Virus record (IMG/VR): IMGVR_UViG_3300013121_000041
Coordinates: 1-64,000 of that record
Source: a virus
Lineage: Duplodnaviria > Caudoviricetes
Direction: 5' to 3' (one strand)
DNA length: 64,000 nt
The stretch's first letter is position 1. Each line of letters opens with the position of its first letter. Both the position numbers and the translations under genes were made by a program. Of this stretch, positions 36,907 to 46,052 are shown piece by piece. The notes beneath the pieces are model-generated. The model ran no database searches. It had not been told where the DNA came from and saw only the letters and a program-made list of their open reading frames with translations.

Positions 36907-38199
36907 ATGGCACTGCAATTCAGCTTATCTTCCAATGTCTTACGTTCCGCGTGGCCTAAGGCGTCCGCAGAATTGATCGACGGTTTCGTCGAAAAATACG
37001 AGGACATCTTCTCCCGTTACGGCATCACCACGTGGATTCGCGCCGTCCATTTCATGGCTCAGATTTCCCACGAATCGAACGGGGGGACCGTCACCAAGGA
37101 ATCCCTGTATTACACGACGCCGGGGAGACTGCAACAGGTGTGGCCGTCGCGATTTCCGACGACGGCATCCGCCCTGCCATACGTTCGTAACGAACGGGCA
37201 CTGGCATCGAAGGTGTATAACGGGCGCATGGGGAACGTGCCGGGCACCGAAGACGGATACACGTATCGGGGGAGGGGCCTCCTGCAATTGACCGGACGGG
37301 AATCATACCGGAAGATCGGGGACAAGATCGGCGTCGATCTGATCGCCGATCCGGACAAGGTTTTCGATCCTGCCGTGGCCCTCGAAATCGCCGCCTGTGA
37401 ATTTCGCGACCTCAATACTCTGCCGTTCTGTGACCGTGACGATCTTCGTGGCGTCACCCACCACGTCAATGGCGGGCTTACGGGCCTCACTGATCGCGCC
37501 AATTGGTTGGCAAGGTGGAAGCGCATCCTTCCGAAAGACGCACCCACGGCCTCCCCTGTGGCTTTGGCGGGGGTATCCAAGAAAAAGGCATCTCCGGGGG
37601 TCACGGTCAACGAGGTTGGCGTGGTCAGCCAGCCCGAGCCTGACGGGCTGAAATACGGTGACAATGATTGGAAGGTTAAGGCCCTCCAGCAGCGGTTGAC
37701 GGACCTCAATTACTTCGTCGGGTCCGTGGACGGTGATTTCGGCCCATCGACGCGGGCTGCGGTCCTCGCCTTTCAGGCGGACAATGCCCTACCGACGACC
37801 GGCGTGGTCGATGCCGCCACGGAGGCGGCACTCGCGACCGCACCGCCGAAACCGGTTTCAGAGGCCCGGCAGAACAAGACGGTCGACGATCTGGCGAAAT
37901 CCGGTTCCGCGACGGCCCAGACGTCGTTCTCGATCTCCCGGTGGGCGAAGGTCATTCTCGGCGTCGGTGCGGCCGGTGCGGCGGACAATACCGGCCTCAT
38001 CGAATCGGCGAAATCCGTCACGGACAATTACGAGACGGTCAAGGGGATCATGGAAACTTTACAAGAGGCGATCACATGGGGACACGAACACATTTGGCTG
38101 GTCCTCGTTTTCGTGGCCATTTTCCTCATGTGGCAGGCGCGAAAGATCGCCATCGCCCGGTTGATGGACGCCCGAGACGGGGCGAATCTCCGTCGTTGA
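36907..38199 (+). CDS. Endolysin: GH19 domain, peptidoglycan-binding domain, C-terminal TM
   Basis: FMAQISHES, YRGRGLLQLTG..Y, VNGG..G..DR; VKALQ..L..DGDFGP.T.AAV.AFQ; ATAAATA at 36885. Confidence 0.9.
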   Translation: MALQFSLSSNVLRSAWPKASAELIDGFVEKYEDIFSRYGITTWIRAVHFMAQISHESNGGTVTKESLYYTTPGRLQQVWPSRFPTTASALPYVRNERALASKVYNGRMGNVPGTEDGYTYRGRGLLQLTGRESYRKIGDKIGVDLIADPDKVFDPAVALEIAACEFRDLNTLPFCDRDDLRGVTHHVNGGLTGLTDRANWLARWKRILPKDAPTASPVALAGVSKKKASPGVTVNEVGVVSQPEPDGLKYGDNDWKVKALQQRLTDLNYFVGSVDGDFGPSTRAAVLAFQADNALPTTGVVDAATEAALATAPPKPVSEARQNKTVDDLAKSGSATAQTSFSISRWAKVILGVGAAGAADNTGLIESAKSVTDNYETVKGIMETLQEAITWGHEHIWLVLVFVAIFLMWQARKIAIARLMDARDGANLRR

Positions 38200-38301
38200 T
38201 TTGACAGTGGCGGTCGGACCGTTTATGAGGGCACCCTCGTTTCGGAGGCCCCATGACCATTTTCGAATCATCTGCAATGGCGACGTTCGATCGGTGCATA
38301 A

Positions 38302-38556
38302 ATGGATAGTACGATCGATTTTATTTCCGGGTTGATCGTCGGGTTCGTCGTCGAACACATTCATCTGTCCATCGTCGGGCGGGTGAATTATCTCATGAAA
38401 ATGGGGTCAATGGTCAGTGGAATCATCTTGTCCTTCCTCATTATGAAAACATTGGGGGCGACCGGCGTCTATCATGCGCCGTTCAACGTCGCCGCCTTCC
38501 TCTCCGGCAATCTCGTCTTTCCGTTGATATGGCTCCTGCGTGTGAGGATCGTATGA
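38302..38556 (+). CDS. Small membrane protein (holin candidate)
   Basis: 2-3 hydrophobic helices, directly after the endolysin. Confidence 0.4.
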   Translation: MDSTIDFISGLIVGFVVEHIHLSIVGRVNYLMKMGSMVSGIILSFLIMKTLGATGVYHAPFNVAAFLSGNLVFPLIWLLRVRIV

Positions 38557-38620
38557 TGGTGTTTTTCCATGAGGACGGTAGGAGGGACGTCGGTTTCTTC
38601 CTGCGCCAGCATCGAGCAGG

Positions 38621-39514
38621 ATGATGACGAATCTGGGGGCGTTATGGAAAAACAGGGTGCGGGGGTCGATCGTCGGTCTCGCAGTCGGCGATGCCCTCGG
38701 GGCACCACTGGAATTTTCGAAACGGGATTCCGTCCCCTTGGTGACGGATATGATCGGCGGTGGTCCATTCAATCTTGCCCCCGGAGAGTGGACCGACGAT
38801 ACGTCGATGGCCCTCTGCCTGATGGATTCCATGATTGCAAATGGTGGGTTCGACGGTCGTGACGTCATCGACGGTTTCCTGCGTTGGCGTGATCACGGCG
38901 AGAACAGTGTCACCGGCCGGTGTTTCGACATCGGCGGGGCGACGGCCGAAGGATTGCGTTATTTCGAACGGACCGGAAAATTCATCGGTGAGGGATCGCC
39001 GAACGATTCGTCCAACGGAAACGGATCGCTCATGCGGGTCGCCCCGGTCATCGCTTTTCCCGATGGACGAAAACTGGCCGTCCGACAAAGCCACCTGACG
39101 CACGCCGGTCACACTGCGGCTGTGTGTTGTGAGACGTTCGTTGGCCTGCTGATGTGGTGCACGACGGCCGACGATCCGACGAAATTTCCAGTTTTCTTTC
39201 CGTGGTCGAAAACGATCATCGAAAGAGATCGTGGTTCGATTCAATCCGACGGGTATTCTCTCCACACGATGGATGCGGCGATCTGGGCCGTGGGAAATTC
39301 CCGTTCGTTCGAGGACGCCCTGATCAAGGCCGTCAATCTTGCCGACGATTCCGATACGGTCGGTGCCGTCACCGGTCAACTTGCCGGGGTCGTGTGGGGG
39401 TACGATTCGATCCCGAGTCGTTGGCTCGATAAACTGGCGTGGCGGGACGACATCGTCGATCGCGTCGATCGTCTCATTGCAGTCGCAGGAGGGAATGATG
39501 TTAGACTTGGTTAA
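38621..39514 (+). CDS. ADP-ribosylglycohydrolase (DraG/ARH family)
   Basis: GDALG, WTDDTSM, CFDIG, GNGSLMR, THA, DSDTVGAVTGQLAG. Confidence 0.93.
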   Translation: MMTNLGALWKNRVRGSIVGLAVGDALGAPLEFSKRDSVPLVTDMIGGGPFNLAPGEWTDDTSMALCLMDSMIANGGFDGRDVIDGFLRWRDHGENSVTGRCFDIGGATAEGLRYFERTGKFIGEGSPNDSSNGNGSLMRVAPVIAFPDGRKLAVRQSHLTHAGHTAAVCCETFVGLLMWCTTADDPTKFPVFFPWSKTIIERDRGSIQSDGYSLHTMDAAIWAVGNSRSFEDALIKAVNLADDSDTVGAVTGQLAGVVWGYDSIPSRWLDKLAWRDDIVDRVDRLIAVAGGNDVRLG

Positions 39515-39755
39515 ACGAACCATCGAATGGCGGGGTGATCGTTGCGTCGTGACGGTATCGTCACCGTTCGTAACCGTCCCTGAGACCGTCACGCTCACGG
39601 TCGATCAGGCGAAGCGTTTCGTCGACTGGGAACGAACTGGGATCAAAATTCAAGACGCCCTCCCAGACTTGACGGACGACGATCGGGAGATCATCCTCAC
39701 CGGAATCGGACCCGCCAAGTGGGAGGAGATGTTCGGGGAAGATGACGATGATTGA
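39497..39755 (+). CDS. Hypothetical protein
   Basis: ..IQDALPDL..DDRE...TGI...W..MFG conserved phage pattern; start approximate. Confidence 0.55.
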
Positions 39756-39848
39756 ACGGCTGCAAGATGAACTGAGGGCGGCGTGGGACCGCTGCGATCA
39801 TCTCGTCGAGGAGAACCGGCGGTTGCGTGCCGCCGTTAGAAAATACAG

Positions 39849-39961
39849 GGCGAAGGATCGCGGTAACGGGATTCGTCGGAGGGCCTTCGAGGGTTCGTTG
39901 TTGGTGGAACGGGTGGAACACGGCCGTCGAGAACTGGCAAAATGAGGCGCAAAAACTGATC
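39849..39961 (+). repeat. Mosaic of three exact copies of downstream sequence (47, 27 and 14 bp)
   Basis: 39849-39895 = 40053-40099; 39921-39947 = 41213-41239; 39948-39961 = 42688-42701. Confidence 0.85.
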
Positions 39962-39987
39962 GGATCAATATTTTGTAAGGGCTATTT

Positions 39988-40038
39988 TTGACGAAATTGG
40001 TTCTTGACTTTAATGAAATTTCCTGTATGGTGATCTGA
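39988..40038 (+). promoter_or_regulatory. Early promoter; copy 2 of the 51-bp inverted repeat, upstream of serS
   Basis: TTGACT (40004)..TATGGT (40026). Confidence 0.75.
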
Positions 40039-40107
40039 GTTTTTAATGCCTAGGCGAAGGATCGCGGTAACGGGATTCGTCGGAGGGCCTTCGAGGGTTG
40101 GTGGAAC

Positions 40108-41277
40108 ATGCACGACATTAAAAAGATACGAAAATTCCCGGCGGCCTTCGACGATGCAATGCGGCGTCGTGGGATCGATCCCATTGCGGACACTCTCATC
40201 GTCAAGGATGATTTGCGGCGGGGTCTCATTTTAGAATATGAAAAGGTTCGCGCCGAATGTCGGGGAACAACGGACCATGAAGTTCTTCGTCGTCGGCGCG
40301 AAGAACTCAGGAACTTTGAGCGTGATATTGATGTGGCGACCGATGACGTTCGGAATGCGATGGCCGCGATCCCAAATTTACCGGCCGACGAGACGCCAGA
40401 AAATCTCGTCGTCGTCAGGAACGTCGGCGAACCGACGAAATTTGATTTCCCAGTGAAGGATCACGTTGAACTTTTAGGCGCTGACTATCGTGCGGAAACG
40501 GCGACTAAGTTAGCTGGGGCGCGTTTGCCGATGTTGACGGGTCCCGCCGCCAGACTTGAGAGGGCGCTCGGGCAATTTGCCCTCGATCGTTTTGTTAATT
40601 TTGGGTTTCTAGAAGTATATCCTCCGTTCATCGTAAATGAATGTGCGATGTTCGGCACAGGACAACTGCCGAAATTTGCGGACGATCTGTTTACCACCAC
40701 TGACGGAAGATGGTTGATTCCGACGGCCGAAGTTCCGTTGACGAACGTGGTGATGGGGGACATTATCGACGCGGCGGAACTGCCGTTGCGTTTCACGGCG
40801 TTGACCCCATGTTTTCGTGCGGAGGCCGGGGCCGCCGGGAGGGATACCCGTGGATTGATGCGCAATCATCAATTCAACAAAGTGGAGGCCGTCGCTATCA
40901 CGACGCCGGAAAATGTTGACGTCAGACTCCATGAGATTTTGTGGACGACCGAAGGTATCCTTCGCGACCTTCGAATACCGTACAGGGTGGTTGAGTTACC
41001 GGCCAACGATCTTGGATTCGCGGCTCGACGGACGTTCGACATCGAAGCGTGGTTCCCCGGTCAGGGACGGTATCGTGAGGTCGGGAGCATTACCGATTGT
41101 GGGGATTTTCAAGCGCGTCGAATGAACGGACGGTTCAAACGTAAAATTGGAAAACCTGAGTTTCTGCGGACGATCAACGGCACGGGTATGGCAACCGGTA
41201 GGGTTCTCGCTGCGGCCGTCGAGAACTGGCAAAATGAGGACGGTACGTACACCGTTCCGGAGGGGGTATTTCGATGA
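40108..41277 (+). CDS. serS: Seryl-tRNA synthetase
   Basis: IPNLP, GTGQLPKF, LIPTAEVP, CFRAEAGAAGRDTRGLMRNHQFNKVE, TFDIEAWFP, CGDFQARR, TING. Confidence 0.95.
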   Translation: MHDIKKIRKFPAAFDDAMRRRGIDPIADTLIVKDDLRRGLILEYEKVRAECRGTTDHEVLRRRREELRNFERDIDVATDDVRNAMAAIPNLPADETPENLVVVRNVGEPTKFDFPVKDHVELLGADYRAETATKLAGARLPMLTGPAARLERALGQFALDRFVNFGFLEVYPPFIVNECAMFGTGQLPKFADDLFTTTDGRWLIPTAEVPLTNVVMGDIIDAAELPLRFTALTPCFRAEAGAAGRDTRGLMRNHQFNKVEAVAITTPENVDVRLHEILWTTEGILRDLRIPYRVVELPANDLGFAARRTFDIEAWFPGQGRYREVGSITDCGDFQARRMNGRFKRKIGKPEFLRTINGTGMATGRVLAAAVENWQNEDGTYTVPEGVFR

Positions 41278-42650
41278 CACAAACCAAATCAAAGCGCCCA
41301 ATTGGGGTCGATCTATTCTCGGGCGCGGGCGGCATGAGCTTGGGCTTCGAGCAGGCGGGCTTTGATGTTCGCGCCGCCGTGGAGATCGACCCGATCCACG
41401 CGGCTATTCACAAGTTTAACTTCCCTGATTGTGCGGTGCTGGCTCGATCGGTCGTCGGCTTGACTGGCGACCAGATACGCAAGGCGGCGAGCATCAAAGG
41501 CCGCGACGTTGATGTGGTATTTGGCGGAGCGCCTTGCCAAGGGTTCTCGCTTATCGGTCAACGCGCGATCGATGACCCGCGAAACTCGCTCGTCAAAGAG
41601 TTCGTCCGCATCGTCAAGGAGTTGGACGCCAGATACTTTGTCTTCGAGAACGTCAAGGGCCTGACCGTAGGCAAGCACAAGCGGTTCCTTGAAGAGATCA
41701 TCGAAGCCTTCGAGACAAGCGGCTATCAGGTCCGTTGGCGCGTGCTGAATGCCGCAGACTATGGGGTGCCGCAACACCGCGAGCGTCTAATCCTGTTAGG
41801 CGCGAAGAATGGGATACCGCTTCCGAGTTACCCGACACCGACCCACTACCCAGCAGGCAAGGGCGAAAACAAACTCCTGTTGGCGGGGCCTTCCTGCAAG
41901 GATGCCCTTGGCGATCTGCCCGAGCCAGAGGACTACCCCGAACTGGAAGTGATTGATGCCGTATCCACGAACCGATGGGGCAAGCCTAGCCCGTATGCGG
42001 CTTCGCTACGTTGCGAGACGGCGGCGGATTGGCACTTCGGATACAGGCGTAAATGGAAAGGGTCGCTGCTCACTTCGAGCATGAGAACCGATCACACGGA
42101 GATTTCGCGGCGGCGCTTCGCCGAGACGGCGGGCGGAGATGTGGAACCGATTTCGCGCTTTTTCAGGCTTCCAGAGGGCGGAATCTCAAACACGTTGCGG
42201 GCAGGGACGGACAGTGCACGCGGCGCGTTCACCAGCCCGCGACCGATCCACTATGCATCGCCTCGATGCGTCACCGTTCGTGAAATGGCCCGCCTTCACG
42301 GCTTCCCCGATTGGTTCCGCTTTCACGTGACCAAATGGCATGGGGCACGTCAGATCGGTAACGCCGTGCCGCCGCCGCTTGCACGTGTGGTTGCAACGGC
42401 GGTCATGTCTTCCATAGGATACAAGCCCACGAGACAGACGACAGCGCTCGATCTCGGCGACGAAAAGCTGCTTTCGATCGGCATGGCAGAAGCCGCCGCC
42501 TATTGGGACGTGCCAGTGGTCATTGGTCGTCGCGACAAGAAAAGTGGCACGAAGAAACGGAAACAAGAAATGATCGAGGCGGAGCGTCGCGCCGCCGACA
42601 AGACCCGACAAGCGCCAGTCGGGTATGATCTGGAAAAGAGGACTCGATGA
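41274..42650 (+). CDS. dcm: C5 cytosine DNA methyltransferase
   Basis: DLFSGAGG, GGAPCQGFS, ENV, YGVPQ.RER, REMARLHGFPD, QIGNAVPP. Confidence 0.95.
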   Translation: MTQTKSKRPIGVDLFSGAGGMSLGFEQAGFDVRAAVEIDPIHAAIHKFNFPDCAVLARSVVGLTGDQIRKAASIKGRDVDVVFGGAPCQGFSLIGQRAIDDPRNSLVKEFVRIVKELDARYFVFENVKGLTVGKHKRFLEEIIEAFETSGYQVRWRVLNAADYGVPQHRERLILLGAKNGIPLPSYPTPTHYPAGKGENKLLLAGPSCKDALGDLPEPEDYPELEVIDAVSTNRWGKPSPYAASLRCETAADWHFGYRRKWKGSLLTSSMRTDHTEISRRRFAETAGGDVEPISRFFRLPEGGISNTLRAGTDSARGAFTSPRPIHYASPRCVTVREMARLHGFPDWFRFHVTKWHGARQIGNAVPPPLARVVATAVMSSIGYKPTRQTTALDLGDEKLLSIGMAEAAAYWDVPVVIGRRDKKSGTKKRKQEMIEAERRAADKTRQAPVGYDLEKRTR

Positions 42651-42683
42651 ATGATGACGGTACTCCGTTCCGGAGGGGAGTCG

Positions 42684-43058
42684 ATGACGCAAAAACTGAT
42701 CCTCGTTCGTGGTCTGCCGGGGAGCGGCAAATCCACGCTCGCGGCGATGCTTCCGGGGACCCACGTCGAGGCTGACGATTTTTTCATCGTGAACGGTGAA
42801 TACAAATTCGACGGCAGTCGGATCGGTGAAGCGCATGGGTGGTGTCTGTCGAAATGCCGGGAGGCGCTGGAGCGCGGTGAGGACGTCGTCGTGTCAAACA
42901 CCTTCACCAGACTGTGGGAAATGCGGCCGTACATCGATGCAGCAACGGAGTTCGGTATTGTTCCGTTCATCGTGATGTGTGAAAATTCATTCGGGTCGAT
43001 TCACGTTGGCGATGATGTGATCGAAAGGATGCGGGCACGGTGGGAAACGTTCAAATGA
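42684..43058 (+). CDS. P-loop kinase (AAA_33, polynucleotide-kinase-like)
   Basis: RGLPGSGKST, EADDFF, AH.WC, VSNTF. Confidence 0.8.
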   Translation: MTQKLILVRGLPGSGKSTLAAMLPGTHVEADDFFIVNGEYKFDGSRIGEAHGWCLSKCREALERGEDVVVSNTFTRLWEMRPYIDAATEFGIVPFIVMCENSFGSIHVGDDVIERMRARWETFK

Positions 43059-43570
43059 GGAACGTCTGGTTTACGGCAGATACACATTTTGGTCACGCAC
43101 GGATCATCGATCTGTGTGGTCGTCCATTTTCGTCCGTTCATGACATGAACGAGGCGATGATCGATCGGTGGAATGCGATCGTCTCTCCGAGGGACGTGGT
43201 GTGGCATCTTGGTGATTTTGCGTTCGCCGATCATCAGAAATATTTCAGTCGATTGAACGGTGAGAAACATCTGATTCGCGGGAACCACGATCAACGCGGG
43301 CGTATGAAGAGCGCAAAATGGCAGTCTGTGTCTGATTTGAAGGAAGTGACCGTCAATGACAGTACGGTCGTCCTCTGTCATTATGCCCTTAGGACGTGGA
43401 ACAGAGCGCACTACGGTTCCATCCATTTGTACGGCCATTCGCACGGCAAATTGCCGCCGACGTTCAACAGTCTTGACGTTGGCGTCGATTGTTGGCAATA
43501 TGCGCCCGTTTCTTTGGAAGAAGTTCAAAAGAGGTTATCCGCTCACGTCGATGTGCCAGCATCGGTGTGA
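43055..43570 (+). CDS. Calcineurin-like metallophosphoesterase
   Basis: DTHFGH, HLGD, GNHD, HY, GHSH, DVGVD. Confidence 0.88.
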   Translation: MRNVWFTADTHFGHARIIDLCGRPFSSVHDMNEAMIDRWNAIVSPRDVVWHLGDFAFADHQKYFSRLNGEKHLIRGNHDQRGRMKSAKWQSVSDLKEVTVNDSTVVLCHYALRTWNRAHYGSIHLYGHSHGKLPPTFNSLDVGVDCWQYAPVSLEEVQKRLSAHVDVPASV

Positions 43571-43612
43571 ACGATCGAGTATGATCTGGCGAAGAGGACT
43601 TGATGATGGCCG

Positions 43613-43837
43613 ATGATAATGTTGAAAATCTCGACGTCACTCGATCCGGCGGTCATTCTCCGGACGACCAATCAACGTCGTTACGACGAAATTAAGGATT
43701 TTCAGACGGTCGAAGAAATTTCGACAGACGCAGATTTTTCCGAAACGAACGTGATCAACATCCTCGATCATTTGAAAACACGGGAACCCGTCACGGATCG
43801 TGATGACGTTGAGGCGCTTTTGAAATCCTTCGGATAG
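43613..43837 (+). CDS. Hypothetical protein
   Basis: Short ORF in the operon. Confidence 0.4.
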   Translation: MIMLKISTSLDPAVILRTTNQRRYDEIKDFQTVEEISTDADFSETNVINILDHLKTREPVTDRDDVEALLKSFG

Positions 43838-43845
43838 GGAAGACC

Positions 43846-44175
43846 ATGATGGTTGAAATCGTTAATATCACTGACGAGGAAGATGGTGGTGCGATCATTT
43901 CGTTCGATTTAACGAACGAAGAATTAAAAAGGTTCGCCGAGATCGGAATTCTGGCGGCGCTCATGGATGCCGCCATGGAGGTGATCACAGACAAACCATA
44001 TTTGATATTTGAAGTTATCAGTGGGGAGAAGAAATTCATCGCCGAAACTGAAAATTATGAAGATGCCCGTAAGATCGCCAAAAAATTGTATTCGACGTTT
44101 CACAAGGATTCCAAACTCGTGATCGTCAAAATCATCGATGAAATCACGTCCCCGGTTTCTGGTTCCTCTGAGTGA
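43846..44175 (+). CDS. Hypothetical protein
   Basis: ORF with RBS. Confidence 0.5.
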   Translation: MMVEIVNITDEEDGGAIISFDLTNEELKRFAEIGILAALMDAAMEVITDKPYLIFEVISGEKKFIAETENYEDARKIAKKLYSTFHKDSKLVIVKIIDEITSPVSGSSE

Positions 44176-44626
44176 TGCGGTGATCTCGATTGACGATGGT
44201 GACTGATCCGAAATTCACTGAAACCCATCTGTCGAAGAGCCTCTCATAGGGATTGCAGATGAAGTGGACGCGGGCGCGCAACTGATATTCTCCGGGAGGG
44301 ACGTTGGGTATCTCCAACGTTATTCCAACTGGTGTTGAATTTTTCGCCATCCTCGTCGTCCGTTCTTCTCCGATGGCCGTCTCCACACCATTACCGACGA
44401 TCTGTACGATCGTGTTATAAAAACACGATCGACGATCTGTAATTTCGTAAAAAATGGAGATCGCCTCACCGGCCGATATTTCAGCCGGAGTCGAAGATGC
44501 GTTCTTTTGAATGGGGACAGACGTGACGGATTCCACCCCCCAGTAGACGAACGCAGCCAATGCGATATATAATGGACATAAGAGGACGAATGGGACCGAA
44601 TTGCGTTTCACGAAATTCATGACCAC
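44144..44626 (-). CDS. Membrane-anchored periplasmic protein
   Basis: N-terminal TM helix, C..CNP; AGGAG RBS. Confidence 0.55.
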   Translation of the reverse strand: MVMNFVKRNSVPFVLLCPLYIALAAFVYWGVESVTSVPIQKNASSTPAEISAGEAISIFYEITDRRSCFYNTIVQIVGNGVETAIGEERTTRMAKNSTPVGITLEIPNVPPGEYQLRARVHFICNPYERLFDRWVSVNFGSVTIVNRDHRITQRNQKPGT

Positions 44627-44632
44627 ACTCCT

Positions 44633-44956
44633 TTAATGAATGTTTTTGTTGACCAGCGAGATGATCATTCCACCGACCGCGAGTAACAGGAATGACACGA
44701 CCCCATACACCAACTTTTTGACGGGTTCGAACTCGACCTTTTTCGTGTATCCGTCATCGATTTCTTTGCGAAGAGACTTGTGGGTATCCTTGATTTCGTC
44801 GATCTCATTTTTGTGGGTCTTCGACATTTCGTCGAATTTTCCACGCACCTCCGTGCGCATCTGGTCGATGTTGTCACGAATGGCCTTGGTTCGCTCGTCC
44901 AGACCAGATAAATGGGAAAGGACGTCCCTCACGAATTCGTCGATGTTGTTAGCCAT
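44633..44956 (-). CDS. Coiled-coil protein with C-terminal TM (holin/XhlA-like candidate)
   Basis: EFEPVKKLVYGVV + TM helix; ATAAATA upstream (~44984-44990). Confidence 0.55.
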   Translation of the reverse strand: MANNIDEFVRDVLSHLSGLDERTKAIRDNIDQMRTEVRGKFDEMSKTHKNEIDEIKDTHKSLRKEIDDGYTKKVEFEPVKKLVYGVVSFLLLAVGGMIISLVNKNIH

Positions 44957-45017
44957 ACATTTCCCGCCTCGGTTTCGATGATTTATTTATTCAACCGAGC
45001 AATTTAGTGAAAATCTC

Positions 45018-46052
45018 ATGAACGAGTTACACTACATTACAATGTTGTCGACCGGGTTGCGGAATTTTCGCCGTCGCGGGCGGCTGTTTAATTTTTCTTG
45101 CCCGATCTGTGGGGATTCCAACACCAATCGGTTGAAGGCCAGAGGATACCTTTTCGAACGTCAGCGGGAGTATTTTTTCAAGTGTCACAACTGCGGGGCG
45201 TCGATGTCTTTCGGTAGGTTCCTGCGTGAGGTTAATCCCCATCTATGGTCACAGTGGAACGCCGAAAAGTTCCTAAAATCAGAACGGCCTGAGGATCATT
45301 CTCACAGGACGGTCGTCAAGTTGACTTCCGGCAATCCCACACTTTCGTCGATCATGTCGTCGATCGATCTTATGCCGACATCTTCTGAGGTCGTCCGGTA
45401 CATTGCCGGAAGAAAAATTCCCGAGGACCGATGGGCCAACATTTTTTTCACCGAAAATATCAACGTCGTCGGTGAAATTTTTCCGAAATACGCAGATCGA
45501 GAATTTGACGTTGAACCTCGGATCGTCTTTCCGATTCACGATCGCCGTGGGGCCGTCGTCGGTATCGTGTCTCGGGCACTTCGAAAAACGTCTAAAGTGC
45601 GCTATCAGACGTTCAAGGAGAACGACGAGGTTCCGCTCATCTACGGATTGGACCGCGTTGATTTTGGAAAACCGGTCGTCGTCGTCGAAGGACCGATAGA
45701 CAGTATTTTCATCGACAATTGCATCGCCGCCTGCGGTGGTGATTTCACGCACGTTTTCCCCCATCTGGTGGTCGGTCGCGATTTATTGGCGTTCGACAAC
45801 ACCCCCCGCAACATGCACGTCGTTAGACATATGAGAGCGGCGGCGAGGGACGGACATCGGGTCGTCGTGTGGCCGGATGAAAATGATAAAAAGGACGTGA
45901 ATGACATGATCCTTTCCGGGATCACCAAGGATGAACTCACGAGAATGATGTGGGAAAATTCCGCCACCGGAATGGAATTAAATCTCAAGATAGCGAAATG
46001 GGACAAGAGTAATGACAATCGTGGCGAAGGTCGTCGGGGATTCAATTTCTGA
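45018..46052 (+). CDS. gp61: DNA primase
   Basis: NFSCPICGDS..KARG..CHNCG zinc finger; VEGPIDS, DN.PRN, KDVNDM Toprim motifs. Confidence 0.93.
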   Translation: MNELHYITMLSTGLRNFRRRGRLFNFSCPICGDSNTNRLKARGYLFERQREYFFKCHNCGASMSFGRFLREVNPHLWSQWNAEKFLKSERPEDHSHRTVVKLTSGNPTLSSIMSSIDLMPTSSEVVRYIAGRKIPEDRWANIFFTENINVVGEIFPKYADREFDVEPRIVFPIHDRRGAVVGIVSRALRKTSKVRYQTFKENDEVPLIYGLDRVDFGKPVVVVEGPIDSIFIDNCIAACGGDFTHVFPHLVVGRDLLAFDNTPRNMHVVRHMRAAARDGHRVVVWPDENDKKDVNDMILSGITKDELTRMMWENSATGMELNLKIAKWDKSNDNRGEGRRGFNF

